From an uncultured Desulfosarcina sp. (GTDB taxonomy: Bacteria; Desulfobacterota; Desulfobacteria; Desulfobacterales; Desulfosarcinaceae), in assembly GCA_963674945.2 (NCBI GenBank), contig CAXXWQ010000004.1, positions 3,262,455 through 3,326,454 of the forward strand: DNA of 64,000 nucleotides. Direction: 5' to 3'. This document shows positions 19,461-28,498 of the stretch, piece by piece (positions within the stretch are counted from its first letter, which is position 1; each line of letters begins with the position of its first letter). Made by a program: the position numbers and the translations under genes. The notes below the pieces were generated by a model. The model had not been told where the DNA came from. It ran no database searches and saw only the letters and a program-made list of their open reading frames with translations.

Positions 19461-20405
19461 TTATTCTCTTCTTCCGACCAGGTATTGAGAAGTAATATGC
19501 TCCCACAAGTTTTCGGTTTTTCGAATTCTCCAGGAGACGTTTCCTTGTTGAACGATGGTCAACGGGGGTTGAAAGGTGCCATACTCGCCGGCGAAGAATC
19601 GTCGCATGGTATCGATGCCACGGGGACTGTACAATTTGTTACCGTTTCCGCTCAGCCAGCGTTCAGGAGGGGAGACGGCGGCGTCCCAGGAGAAGGGATC
19701 GGAGAAGAGAAACATGGAATCATTCTCACGAAGCACACGATCGACCTCTTCCAGGTGTCTGAGCGGATCCGGGACCTTTTCAAGAAGATTGATCGCCGAT
19801 ACGGTAGAGAACTCACCGGTTTCGAAGGGCAAGGCCAGGGCGTCGGCCACGATGAAGTCAACATTTTCAAGATGCCAGGTCTCGTCGAAATCACAACCTT
19901 TCGGATCGGTGAGATGCCCTTCGACGATCAAGTCGAAATCGAGTCTTTTACGTTGCGCGATTTCGCGGGCTTTTCGAATGAAAGCAATGGAGGTGTCCAG
20001 GCCGATGACCCGCTCATGGGTCTTTGCCAGCTCGAAAGTCAATCTCCCCACGGCGCATCCCACGTCCAGACCATCGCCACGCATCGCAGGCAGGCAGGAC
20101 GACCAGATCTCGTAGGCGTTTGTCGCATCGGGATCGCCGAACAGATCGCCGAAGTGGCTCCACAGATAGGCGGAAAGCATGATCGGCGCGTTGTATCCGG
20201 AATTGTCGTGGATGATCTCTTTCGTCTTTTCGGGCAAGACGACGGCAATGCCCTCTTCGATGGGATAGTGCTGCCCGCAGGTTGAACATCCGAGTGTTCC
20301 AGCCATGATTTCGTCTCTGTCTTCGTCTCGTATGGTCAGTTCCAACGGTACATTCTGCGCCAAGCATGTGGGGCACCTGAGCTTTTCTGCCACCCATTTC
20401 TTCAT
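19461..20405 (-). CDS. Trm112-like Zn ribbon + class I SAM methyltransferase resembling the OvoA C-terminal (mercaptohistidine N-methyltransferase) domain
   Basis: LRCPTC...CSTCGQHYPIEEGI; LDVGCAVGRLTFELA, INLLEKVPDP, SDPFSW...P.RWLSG, VSWRIRKTENLWEH. Confidence 0.8.
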   Translation of the reverse strand: MKKWVAEKLRCPTCLAQNVPLELTIRDEDRDEIMAGTLGCSTCGQHYPIEEGIAVVLPEKTKEIIHDNSGYNAPIMLSAYLWSHFGDLFGDPDATNAYEIWSSCLPAMRGDGLDVGCAVGRLTFELAKTHERVIGLDTSIAFIRKAREIAQRKRLDFDLIVEGHLTDPKGCDFDETWHLENVDFIVADALALPFETGEFSTVSAINLLEKVPDPLRHLEEVDRVLRENDSMFLFSDPFSWDAAVSPPERWLSGNGNKLYSPRGIDTMRRFFAGEYGTFQPPLTIVQQGNVSWRIRKTENLWEHITSQYLVGRRE

Positions 20406-20620
20406 GGTTTCTCCCAAAATTTCATGTGACGTTGATTAAAAAAGTGCTTATTATACCGGTGGTGCTATTTGGTTTCAAGAGTTTAGAAAAATCTGCGATA
20501 AATCGATCGAAACGTCGATGAACCGGTGTGACATCCTCTTGTCATGGTGTGGAGGAAGATGTAATAAGGTATAATCGTTCATCATTGATCAATTCAAGGG
20601 ATTGTGAGTGTTTTCTTTCC

Positions 20621-21742
20621 ATGCGCGCCATTTTCAATATCGCCTTCAAGAATCTGCTTCGTAACAGACTTCGCAGCATCATGACCATTTGTGGAACGGG
20701 TGTCGGTTTGTCCCTCTTCATCGTTTTGATGACCATCGCCCATAGTGTGAAAGGCCAGCTCCATCACATGATCGACGGATTCGGCGTCGATGTGGTGGTC
20801 CAGGCCGGTGGAACACCCAACCCCATCTCTTCCCGCATCGCCGTGTCGGACATCGCGGCGTTGTCTGCGCTTCCCGGCGTTCGGTCGGCCAGTGGTCTGA
20901 TTGTGGGCTCCAAGCGCCTCTCCTGGAATCGGTATTTCGTGCTTATGGGGGCCGATCCGTCGGCACCGATCATGACGCAGTTTCCCATCGTTCACGGAAC
21001 CATCTTTTCCAAGGATGAAAAACAGATTCTCATCGGCTCTCTTCTTGCCAAACGGCGCAAATTGCGTGTCGGCGACACCATCCGACTGGATCGTCATGGC
21101 GATTATCGGATCTGCGGGATATTCAATACCGGGGTTCGTGTGTTCGATGGCGCCGCATTCCTGGGATTGTCCCAGGCCCAAAAGGTCCTTCAACGAAAAG
21201 ACCAGGTGAACCTCGTAGTGGCCCGGTTGGACGAGCAGACATCGGAGAAAACGGTCATGGCGCGCATATCGGAGAAATTTCCCCATCTGGAGGTGATGCC
21301 CGGATTGGATTTTGTGGGTCAGATACGGGTCTTCGATACGATATTGGGTTTTGCCAAAGCCATTGGGGCGTTATCTCTCATCGCCTGTTGTATCACGGTA
21401 ATGGACACCTTGCTCATGGCCATATCCGAGCGAACAAAGGAGATCGGAATTCTCATGGCCATCGGTTGGAGTCGATGGCAGATCGTATGGATCATTCTCA
21501 GCGAATCGCTTCTCATCTGTTTGATGGGCAGCATGGCGGGGAACCTGTTCGGGACACTGTTTTTGTGGATGACCAACGATACGCAACTGTTGGGTATCGG
21601 ATGGGTGCCGGTTTTTCCTTCACCAACCATTGCAATTTCGGCGGTGGGGCTGGGTATCGCCATGGGATGCATGAGCGCCGCCTATCCCGCCGTGGTCGCA
21701 TGGCGCATGTTGCCGGCAACGGCACTCCGCTTTGAAAAATAA
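20621..21742 (+). CDS. MacB/FtsX-family ABC permease
   Basis: KNLLRNRLRS, ERTKEIGILMAIGW, YPA...ALRFE. Confidence 0.88.
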   Translation: MRAIFNIAFKNLLRNRLRSIMTICGTGVGLSLFIVLMTIAHSVKGQLHHMIDGFGVDVVVQAGGTPNPISSRIAVSDIAALSALPGVRSASGLIVGSKRLSWNRYFVLMGADPSAPIMTQFPIVHGTIFSKDEKQILIGSLLAKRRKLRVGDTIRLDRHGDYRICGIFNTGVRVFDGAAFLGLSQAQKVLQRKDQVNLVVARLDEQTSEKTVMARISEKFPHLEVMPGLDFVGQIRVFDTILGFAKAIGALSLIACCITVMDTLLMAISERTKEIGILMAIGWSRWQIVWIILSESLLICLMGSMAGNLFGTLFLWMTNDTQLLGIGWVPVFPSPTIAISAVGLGIAMGCMSAAYPAVVAWRMLPATALRFEK

Positions 21743-21760
21743 AAGACGTTGATCCTAAAA

Positions 21761-22453
21761 ATGGAACGAACCATGCCGCTTCTATCGGTTAAAGACGTGA
21801 GAAAGACCTATGACAACGGGCGGACCGTGGCCCTGTCCGGTGTGACCATGGCATTGGAAAAGGGAGCGGCATTGGCGATCATGGGACCGTCGGGCAGCGG
21901 AAAGAGCACACTGCTGAATCTGCTGGGTACCCTGGATCGACCCACCGATGGAGAGATCCGTTTCGGCGGCAAAGATCTTTTTTCCCATATTCCGTTGCAT
22001 CGTTTCCGTTCCCGAAATATTGGTTTTGTTTTTCAATTCCACCACCTGATTCCCAGCTTGACCCTACTGGAAAATGTGGAACTGGCACTGGTTCCCTGGG
22101 GTATTTCCGCTGCCCGAAGACGTGCGCGTGCACAAAGCGCATTGGAACAGATGAACCTTACCTCCCGGCAATCTTCACTTCCTCCCCAGACTTCCGGTGG
22201 TGAACGGCAACGGGCCGCCATCGCCAGGGCATTGGTTCACCAGCCGAAACTGGTACTGGCCGACGAGCCTACCGGCCACCTGGATACCAAAAACGGAGAG
22301 ATGGTGATGAATCTGCTTATGACCAATTGTCGTGAGAATGGCACCACCGTTGTCGTCGCCACCCATGATCCGGAGATTGCCGCTTTGGCCGACCGGCAGC
22401 TGTATATGCGAAATGGAAGAATCATCTCGAAGGAGAAGACAAAAGAGGCTTGA
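21761..22453 (+). CDS. LolD/MacB-type ABC ATPase
   Basis: GPSGSGKST, SGGERQR, LADEPTGHLD, ATHD. Confidence 0.92.
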   Translation: MERTMPLLSVKDVRKTYDNGRTVALSGVTMALEKGAALAIMGPSGSGKSTLLNLLGTLDRPTDGEIRFGGKDLFSHIPLHRFRSRNIGFVFQFHHLIPSLTLLENVELALVPWGISAARRRARAQSALEQMNLTSRQSSLPPQTSGGERQRAAIARALVHQPKLVLADEPTGHLDTKNGEMVMNLLMTNCRENGTTVVVATHDPEIAALADRQLYMRNGRIISKEKTKEA

Positions 22454-22490
22454 AACACGACGTCATTCTTCTACTTTTCTTTCTCTTACG

Positions 22491-22958
22491 CTATACTTCG
22501 TCCTTCATATCCAATTCGTGGGTAATGTCGATGGCTTCGATAACGCTCTGGGCCGCCGGACACAAGGTGATATAGTTATCGAACGCCTTCTCTGCTTCAG
22601 GGCGTTTGTCCGGCGGAAGCACGAGGCGATAGTGAACGTGAATACGGGTGATTTTCAATACGCCATTGACGTCTTCGATGTCTCCGGTCACCGTAGCCGT
22701 GTAGCGGTCCTGAAAGGTTCGAATTTTCTTTTTGGCCAGCACCGTGGCCAACGTGCCCATCATTCACCCGCCCACGGCGCCCACAATATGGTCCAATGTG
22801 GCGGCGTGTTCCTCCTCCGGATCGACCTTGTAGAAGTGTTTGATGCCCCCATGTACGCCATAGTAGACCGGCTGGTCAAATCCCCGGATGTGCGCGATTC
22901 GTGTGGGGCCTTTTTCCCTTGTTATAGTGATATGGGATTGATGAACGACCTTTTTCAT
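22491..22958 (-). CDS. OsmC-related selenoprotein (Sec at TGA 22764-22766)
   Basis: Two in-frame ORFs joined by TGA: ...DHIVGAVGG-U-MMGTL...ITLCPAAQS; RBS AAGGAGG; SECIS-like hairpin follows the TGA. Confidence 0.88.
22732..22751 (-). promoter_or_regulatory. Putative bacterial SECIS hairpin of the OsmC-like gene
   Basis: Coding strand TTGGCCA-C-GGT-G-C-TGGCCAA; GGU loop 20 nt after the UGA. Confidence 0.7.
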
Positions 22959-23068
22959 GAGTCCCTCCTTTGGTCTCCTGGATGAAGTGACAAACAATCA
23001 ACTCCAACAAAATAGGGACGGTTTTGCGGGATGTAAATTTGACGGATTCGAAAGAACTGCCCGGGGAT

Positions 23069-23782
23069 CTACTCTTTCGCCTCAAACACCAGTTGTCTGC
23101 CGGGGGCCGGCAGCAAATCTTCGAACACGGCGATTTCTTTGGCCAACAGGGTCGGGTTGCTGAAAGAAGGGAAGGGGCGGTGCCTGTTGTCGGCAAAGGG
23201 GTGGCGGGTCGGTTCCGTTGGGTCTAAAATCATATTCGTGTAGCAGAAGACGCCGTATCGGACGAAACCAAAACCCCCGGCCAATGGCAGCTCGTGGCGC
23301 AATCCGGTAAGGTTTTCGATGATATTTTTTTCTACGGGCATGATGGCCGCACCGGTGAACAAGTCATTGAACAAGTTCGAAACCGGTCGGATGTCGTTCG
23401 GGCCTTTACAGTATATCGTGGCAAACTTTCCCTCTACCTCACCGGAAAAGCTTTCATACACCGCTTTGGATCGGGCATATTTGAAAACCAATCCTTCAGA
23501 GGCCGTGTGCACGGCGAAATATTGTACCGCACGTCGGGCTTTCTCGTAATCGGAAGGGTAGATGGTCAGGTGTATCTTCCATCCGGCGACATACCACTTC
23601 AAGTCTCTTCGCATCTGGGGCGTCAGTGAGCCGACCGTGGACGAGCGCAATCTGAAGGACTGTCGGCTCTCATCCCAATATCGGGCAACTGCCTTGTAGT
23701 CACTTTTGCGAAATGAGCCAATGGTATGCCACGTCACGGTCAATGGTTCCTTTGTTTTTGTTCTGGCCGGTGCCAACATCAC
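23069..23782 (-). CDS. Stand-alone LanKC N-terminal / phosphothreonine-lyase-like protein
   Basis: GWKIHLT, VFKY, GKFATIY, FVRYG in the same order as in LanKC/OspF lyase domains. Confidence 0.6.
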   Translation of the reverse strand: MMLAPARTKTKEPLTVTWHTIGSFRKSDYKAVARYWDESRQSFRLRSSTVGSLTPQMRRDLKWYVAGWKIHLTIYPSDYEKARRAVQYFAVHTASEGLVFKYARSKAVYESFSGEVEGKFATIYCKGPNDIRPVSNLFNDLFTGAAIMPVEKNIIENLTGLRHELPLAGGFGFVRYGVFCYTNMILDPTEPTRHPFADNRHRPFPSFSNPTLLAKEIAVFEDLLPAPGRQLVFEAKE

Positions 23783-23845
23783 GATGTTTCCGGTATGCCC
23801 AATAGTATCGGCAATTGTAAGGTTTCCTTTACCATTGGTTCGGCA

Positions 23846-24721
23846 CTATTTCGAGCGATCCCGAACCACCTTTCCTGTTTTCCCAATGGACTGTTTTGCC
23901 AAAGCGCTGCGATGCTTTTGGATCGCTTCCACGACATAGGGGTAAACCGTCTGCGCGATACGGTCGTGACCGTCGGCATTGGGATGGATGCTGTCCGCCT
24001 GGTTGAGATGGTCCCGGGCGGCGACGCCCTCCAGAAAGAAGGGAATGAGGATCACTCCGTGTCTTTCGGCGACCTGCGGATAAATTTGTGAAAAGTCACA
24101 AACGTAGGCGGGGCCGAGATTGGGAAGCATCTGCATTCCTGCCAGAACCACTTGAATCTGGTGATCTTTCAAGATGGTGACCAGCCGGTCCAGGTTCGTT
24201 TCGATCAGTTCGAGATCAAGGCCTCGCATTCCGTCGTTGGCACCGGTTTCCAAAATGACGATGTCGGGAACCAGGCTTGAGATGATCCAGTCGATGCGTG
24301 ACAGCATGCCGCTGCTGGTCTCTCCGCTGACTCCGGCATTGACCACATGGTAATGGTATCCGGCGGCCTCGATCCGTTGGGCCAATCGTGCCGGATAGGC
24401 CTCCCTTTCCATAACGCCCAGCCCGGCGGTCAGGCTGTCTCCCAAGGCCACGATGGTGCCTTCATAGGTTTTTTGCGATGGTTGTGGCACGGTATCGGGT
24501 TGGGATGCCGGCGGTTTTTTATTGCACCCTATGGTAAACAGTACAAAGATCATCACCAGTGTCAGGATGAACCGAGTTGACGCAAAAAATAACTTTGGCT
24601 TTTTGATAAAAAGCTTTTCCCATTTCAGAGAATCGGCAACAAGAGGGAAAATGAGTTTATTATTGGACGGTTTTTTGGCGATGCTCGTCCTGGAAAAGTT
24701 TTTTACGGATACATTACCCAT
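23846..24721 (-). CDS. tesA: TesA-like GDSL/SGNH arylesterase (possibly a lipoprotein)
   Basis: LGDSLTAG, NAGVSGETS, GANDGMRG, DSIHPN; FTIGC lipobox suggests a later start. Confidence 0.88.
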   Translation of the reverse strand: MGNVSVKNFSRTSIAKKPSNNKLIFPLVADSLKWEKLFIKKPKLFFASTRFILTLVMIFVLFTIGCNKKPPASQPDTVPQPSQKTYEGTIVALGDSLTAGLGVMEREAYPARLAQRIEAAGYHYHVVNAGVSGETSSGMLSRIDWIISSLVPDIVILETGANDGMRGLDLELIETNLDRLVTILKDHQIQVVLAGMQMLPNLGPAYVCDFSQIYPQVAERHGVILIPFFLEGVAARDHLNQADSIHPNADGHDRIAQTVYPYVVEAIQKHRSALAKQSIGKTGKVVRDRSK

Positions 24722-27209
24722 TTTGCTGCTTCCTCAGATAGGTGACAGGCTTTTTTGCCATGATCGAACGCGATGCACCCAATCCCACCGCCACCACCAG
24801 TATGACGGTGAGACCGACCATGGCGGTGGATGCCGCTATGAAAGGCCGGTACCCGATATCGAATTGTTCCGTGCAGATCCAGTAGGCGATGGACTGTGCC
24901 ATGGCAAGGCCAAGGAGACCTCCCAGCAGTCCAATAAGAATGTTTTCCAGGGCGAACACGGTCCAGACGAATCGGCGGTCTGCTCCCAGAATCTTGTAAT
25001 ACGCAGATTCGGCGATCCGTTCGGAACGGGTTGCGGATACGGAACTCGCCAAGATCAACATGCCGCTTGCGATGCTGAAGAAGGCAAATACAAACATGAT
25101 GCGTGAAAGCCGTTCCAGGAGTCGAACCAGGGTGCCGATGGTCTGGGACAGGTCGATGACACTCACGTTGGGAAATTGGGCAACCAGTCTGTTTTGCAGA
25201 GGGCCGACTTGTCCGGGGGGTATTTCTATGGCACAAAACAGGGTCTGGGGCGCCTTTTCGAGAACGGATGTCGGAAACACAAAGTAGAAGAAGGGGGAAA
25301 AGGATTGTTTTTCCCGGCTTCGAATGCTGGCGACGCGGGCGGTCAGGGGAACACCTTGAATCTTGAACTGGATTCGATCGCCGATCTTCATTGGGTGCAT
25401 GGAAGCGATCGTATCCATGATCGATACCTGGGGTTCGGTCCACTTATCATGAAACAGGGTGTCACCATCAATAATGGATTCGTCTGCAAGGAGGCTTTCC
25501 CGGTACGTGAGGTTGAAGACCCGCGAAAGGTTGTCCCGGCGTTTCCGTTTTTCCTTTTGGTAGTCGATGTTTTGACTGTTTACCGCCGTGATACGGGCTC
25601 TGACGACGGGATAGAACCGAACAGGGCGGTCCACGGCTTTCTGGAAGGCTTCGACCTGGTGGGGCTGGACATCCAGGAAATAGACGTTCGGGGTGTCTGC
25701 GGGGAAGGCATGGACGAAGGTGACGGCAAGGTTTCGTTCCAGGAGAAGGTCTCCGAAGATTACAGACAGGGAGACGGTCAGGGTGATCAGGACGCTTTTC
25801 GTGGCGTTTCCCCGTCGAAAGAGACCGCGGGCAGCCTGGCGAAGGGCCAGGTTCCGGATGGGCAGGCGCTTCACGACGGCCAATGCCAGCTGGGCCACCA
25901 GGGCCGAAAAGAGGATCATGCCACCCATGGTGCCGACGAATCGGACACCGAACCGAATATCCGCCATGTGCCAAGCCACCAGGCCCAGAAAAAAGAGTAC
26001 GAGGGAAACAGATGCGATGGTTGCGGGCCATCGTGAGGTTCGTGTCGGCGGACGGCGGTACAAGATGGTGACCGGGCGCATCTGTCCGAGCCGATAAAGG
26101 GGAAGGGCGGAAAAGAGGAGCACGATGATTCCTCCCATGGCCAAGGCTTCCACCACACCGCCCAGAGAAAAGGTCCAGCTGACCCGACCGGGCAACATGG
26201 GGGAGAGGCGCCAGAACAAAACACTCTGGGCCGCCATACCGGCAACGATTCCGACGATGGTGCCTATCGCGGCCAGCGCAAACACCATGAAAAGAAAGTG
26301 GGTGATGATATACCGGGTACCGGCTCCCACGGTCTTCATGACGGCCACGGTGGATTGGTTTTCGTTGAAAAGGGCCATCAATGTGCTTTGAATGCCGATT
26401 CCGGATACGGCCAGAATGAAAAGTCCAACCAGTTTCAAAAAGAAGAGAAAGTTGTCAAAAAATCGTTTCACGGCAGAACGGGCGGTCCGAAAGGTGTCCA
26501 CGCGTTCTCCGGCCATGGGGGCAATGTTTCGCAAACGGGCTGCCACGGCATCTATCCCCTGCGGATCCAGTGCCTTGATCAGTACCTTTCGCCGGATGCG
26601 GCTGCCGGTTGCCAAAAGGCCCGTTGATGCAAGATCCGCATCGTGGATGAAAACGCGCGGTCCCAGAGTGAAAAGCGCCAGTGGACGATCCGGCTCGTTT
26701 GTCACCACGTCGACAATTTTCAATGTAGCGTGGCCGACCTTAACCTTGTCTCCTATGCTTAGCCCCGTGCGTCCGAGCAGATTTTTGGCCACGATGCAGG
26801 TGCCGGGGGTGAGTTTTTCATCAAATTTTCCACCCGATGCAAGAACTACGTTGCCGTAGAAGGGGTAACCGGGGGAGACTGCCTTGATCATGGAAAGGAC
26901 CGACGCCGTTTCGTCCGCCGTCAGTACTACCGAGTAGAATTCATGGACGTTGGCCCGAAGAATCTTACCCTGCGCTGCCAATCCATTGATGGCACGAATC
27001 ATGTCGTCCGAGATAGGGTCTGGGGATTGAACGATGATGTCTGCCGCATGGAGGCTTCGGGCATCTTTTTCCAGGGCCAGTTTAACATTACGGGCAAAGC
27101 CGGAAACGGCGGTCAGGGCGGCAAGGGACAAAGCAACGCAGAGGGCGAAGAATCCGGCCTGCTTGGATGATCGCCGTACCTGGCGGAAAATGGTGGGCAG
27201 ATGGCGCAT
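24714..27209 (-). CDS. YbbP-like double FtsX ABC permease
   Basis: 831 aa; GYPFYG, PNVYFLDVQP, FPNVSVID; lies between a ybbA-like gene and tesA. Confidence 0.85.
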   Translation of the reverse strand: MRHLPTIFRQVRRSSKQAGFFALCVALSLAALTAVSGFARNVKLALEKDARSLHAADIIVQSPDPISDDMIRAINGLAAQGKILRANVHEFYSVVLTADETASVLSMIKAVSPGYPFYGNVVLASGGKFDEKLTPGTCIVAKNLLGRTGLSIGDKVKVGHATLKIVDVVTNEPDRPLALFTLGPRVFIHDADLASTGLLATGSRIRRKVLIKALDPQGIDAVAARLRNIAPMAGERVDTFRTARSAVKRFFDNFLFFLKLVGLFILAVSGIGIQSTLMALFNENQSTVAVMKTVGAGTRYIITHFLFMVFALAAIGTIVGIVAGMAAQSVLFWRLSPMLPGRVSWTFSLGGVVEALAMGGIIVLLFSALPLYRLGQMRPVTILYRRPPTRTSRWPATIASVSLVLFFLGLVAWHMADIRFGVRFVGTMGGMILFSALVAQLALAVVKRLPIRNLALRQAARGLFRRGNATKSVLITLTVSLSVIFGDLLLERNLAVTFVHAFPADTPNVYFLDVQPHQVEAFQKAVDRPVRFYPVVRARITAVNSQNIDYQKEKRKRRDNLSRVFNLTYRESLLADESIIDGDTLFHDKWTEPQVSIMDTIASMHPMKIGDRIQFKIQGVPLTARVASIRSREKQSFSPFFYFVFPTSVLEKAPQTLFCAIEIPPGQVGPLQNRLVAQFPNVSVIDLSQTIGTLVRLLERLSRIMFVFAFFSIASGMLILASSVSATRSERIAESAYYKILGADRRFVWTVFALENILIGLLGGLLGLAMAQSIAYWICTEQFDIGYRPFIAASTAMVGLTVILVVAVGLGASRSIMAKKPVTYLRKQQNG

Positions 27210-27210
27210 G

Positions 27211-27906
27211 CTATCCCGCTGTCTGGAAGGTGGTCCGGGTCTCAGCCATGAGACGGCCGTCCACGAGGGGCAGCAGTCGGCCGGCGAAACGGGCGATCTG
27301 TGGGTTGTGGGTGACCAGGATCAGCGTGGCGCCCTACTCCTTTCTCAAGGCCATCAGTTGGTTCAGGACGAGCCTCCCATTTTCCGAGTCCAGGTTACCC
27401 GTGGGTTCATCGGCAAAGACCAGTTTGGGACGGTTGATCAATGCGCGGCATAGGGCCACGCGCTGTTTTTCACCGCCGGAGAGCTGGGTCGGTAAGTTGT
27501 CGGCCCGCTCCAGAAGCCCCACCCGCTCCAAGAGGTCGTCGGCACGGGCACAGGCATCGGGGTCTTTGTTGAGTTCGGCCGGAAACCGGACATTTTCCCT
27601 GGCGGTCATGGACGGTATCAGGTGAAAGGACTGGAAGACGAAACCGATTGTCCGATTCCGGAGTGTGGTAAGGTCCGCTTCTCCGGCGCCGGTGATCTCC
27701 ATGCCGTCAACAGTCACCCGGCCCGATGTCGGATGGTCCAGACCCGAAAGCAGGGTCAGCAGTGTTGTCTTTCCACTTCCGCTGCTGCCGGTGATGACGA
27801 CGAACTCCCCTTTTTCAACGGTCATGGATACATCGGAAAGGACGCTGATCACCCGGTGATTGACCGTGTAGGTCTTGAACAGATTGTGTGCCTCGAGCAG
27901 GGCCAT
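27211..27906 (-). pseudogene. YbbA-like ABC ATPase interrupted by an in-frame TAG at 27334-27336
   Basis: GSSGSGKTT, LSGGEKQR, ADEPTGNLD...ALRKE*GATLILVTHNPQIA...DGRL; the H-loop lies after the stop. Confidence 0.75.
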
Positions 27907-27921
27907 AACGGAAGGGCCTTT

Positions 27922-28383
27922 CTACTTTTCATGCAACACCTGCAACTTGGCGTCGATCAACTGTTTGTGGGAAAGGCGCAGCAGTTTCGACACTTTGTTC
28001 ATCAGGTAGTGTTCGTGCCGATCCATCTTGCCGTCCACGTAGACGACACGCCACAGGCGTCTGACCAGTTTCTCTTTGTCGGCCGGAGTATAGTGGTCAT
28101 TGATTACCCGTGCAAACTGCCATAGATCGACGCTCTCTTCCAACTCGCGGTCTGCTTCTCCCATCAGGGTGTCGGCATCCTCTTTGGAAAGGCCATACTT
28201 TTGCTGTAAGATGGAAAGCACCTTTGCCAGTTCTTCATTTGTGAAGCTTTCGTCAATTCGTCCCATTTCCAAGAACAGGGCGCATACGGCCACGTTCAGG
28301 TCATTTTCGCTGTTTTTTTCACCGGGTGTTTCAGCTTCAGACAAGGCACCAAACAATCGTTTTAATTTTTCCAGCATGGTCAT
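27922..28383 (-). CDS. TerB family protein
   Basis: ALFLEMGRIDESF, SVDLWQFARVIN, LWRVVYVDGKMDRHEHYLM.K...LL. Confidence 0.85.
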   Translation of the reverse strand: MTMLEKLKRLFGALSEAETPGEKNSENDLNVAVCALFLEMGRIDESFTNEELAKVLSILQQKYGLSKEDADTLMGEADRELEESVDLWQFARVINDHYTPADKEKLVRRLWRVVYVDGKMDRHEHYLMNKVSKLLRLSHKQLIDAKLQVLHEK

Positions 28384-28498
28384 TGTTCCCTTTTATTGTC
28401 CGGTTGATTTGTTGCATTCATCGTGGTCAGTTTTTTTCCAAGGACGCGAGATTTGCCGGATCGGCAATCTCGTTCCAACATGCGTCGAGATCATTGGG

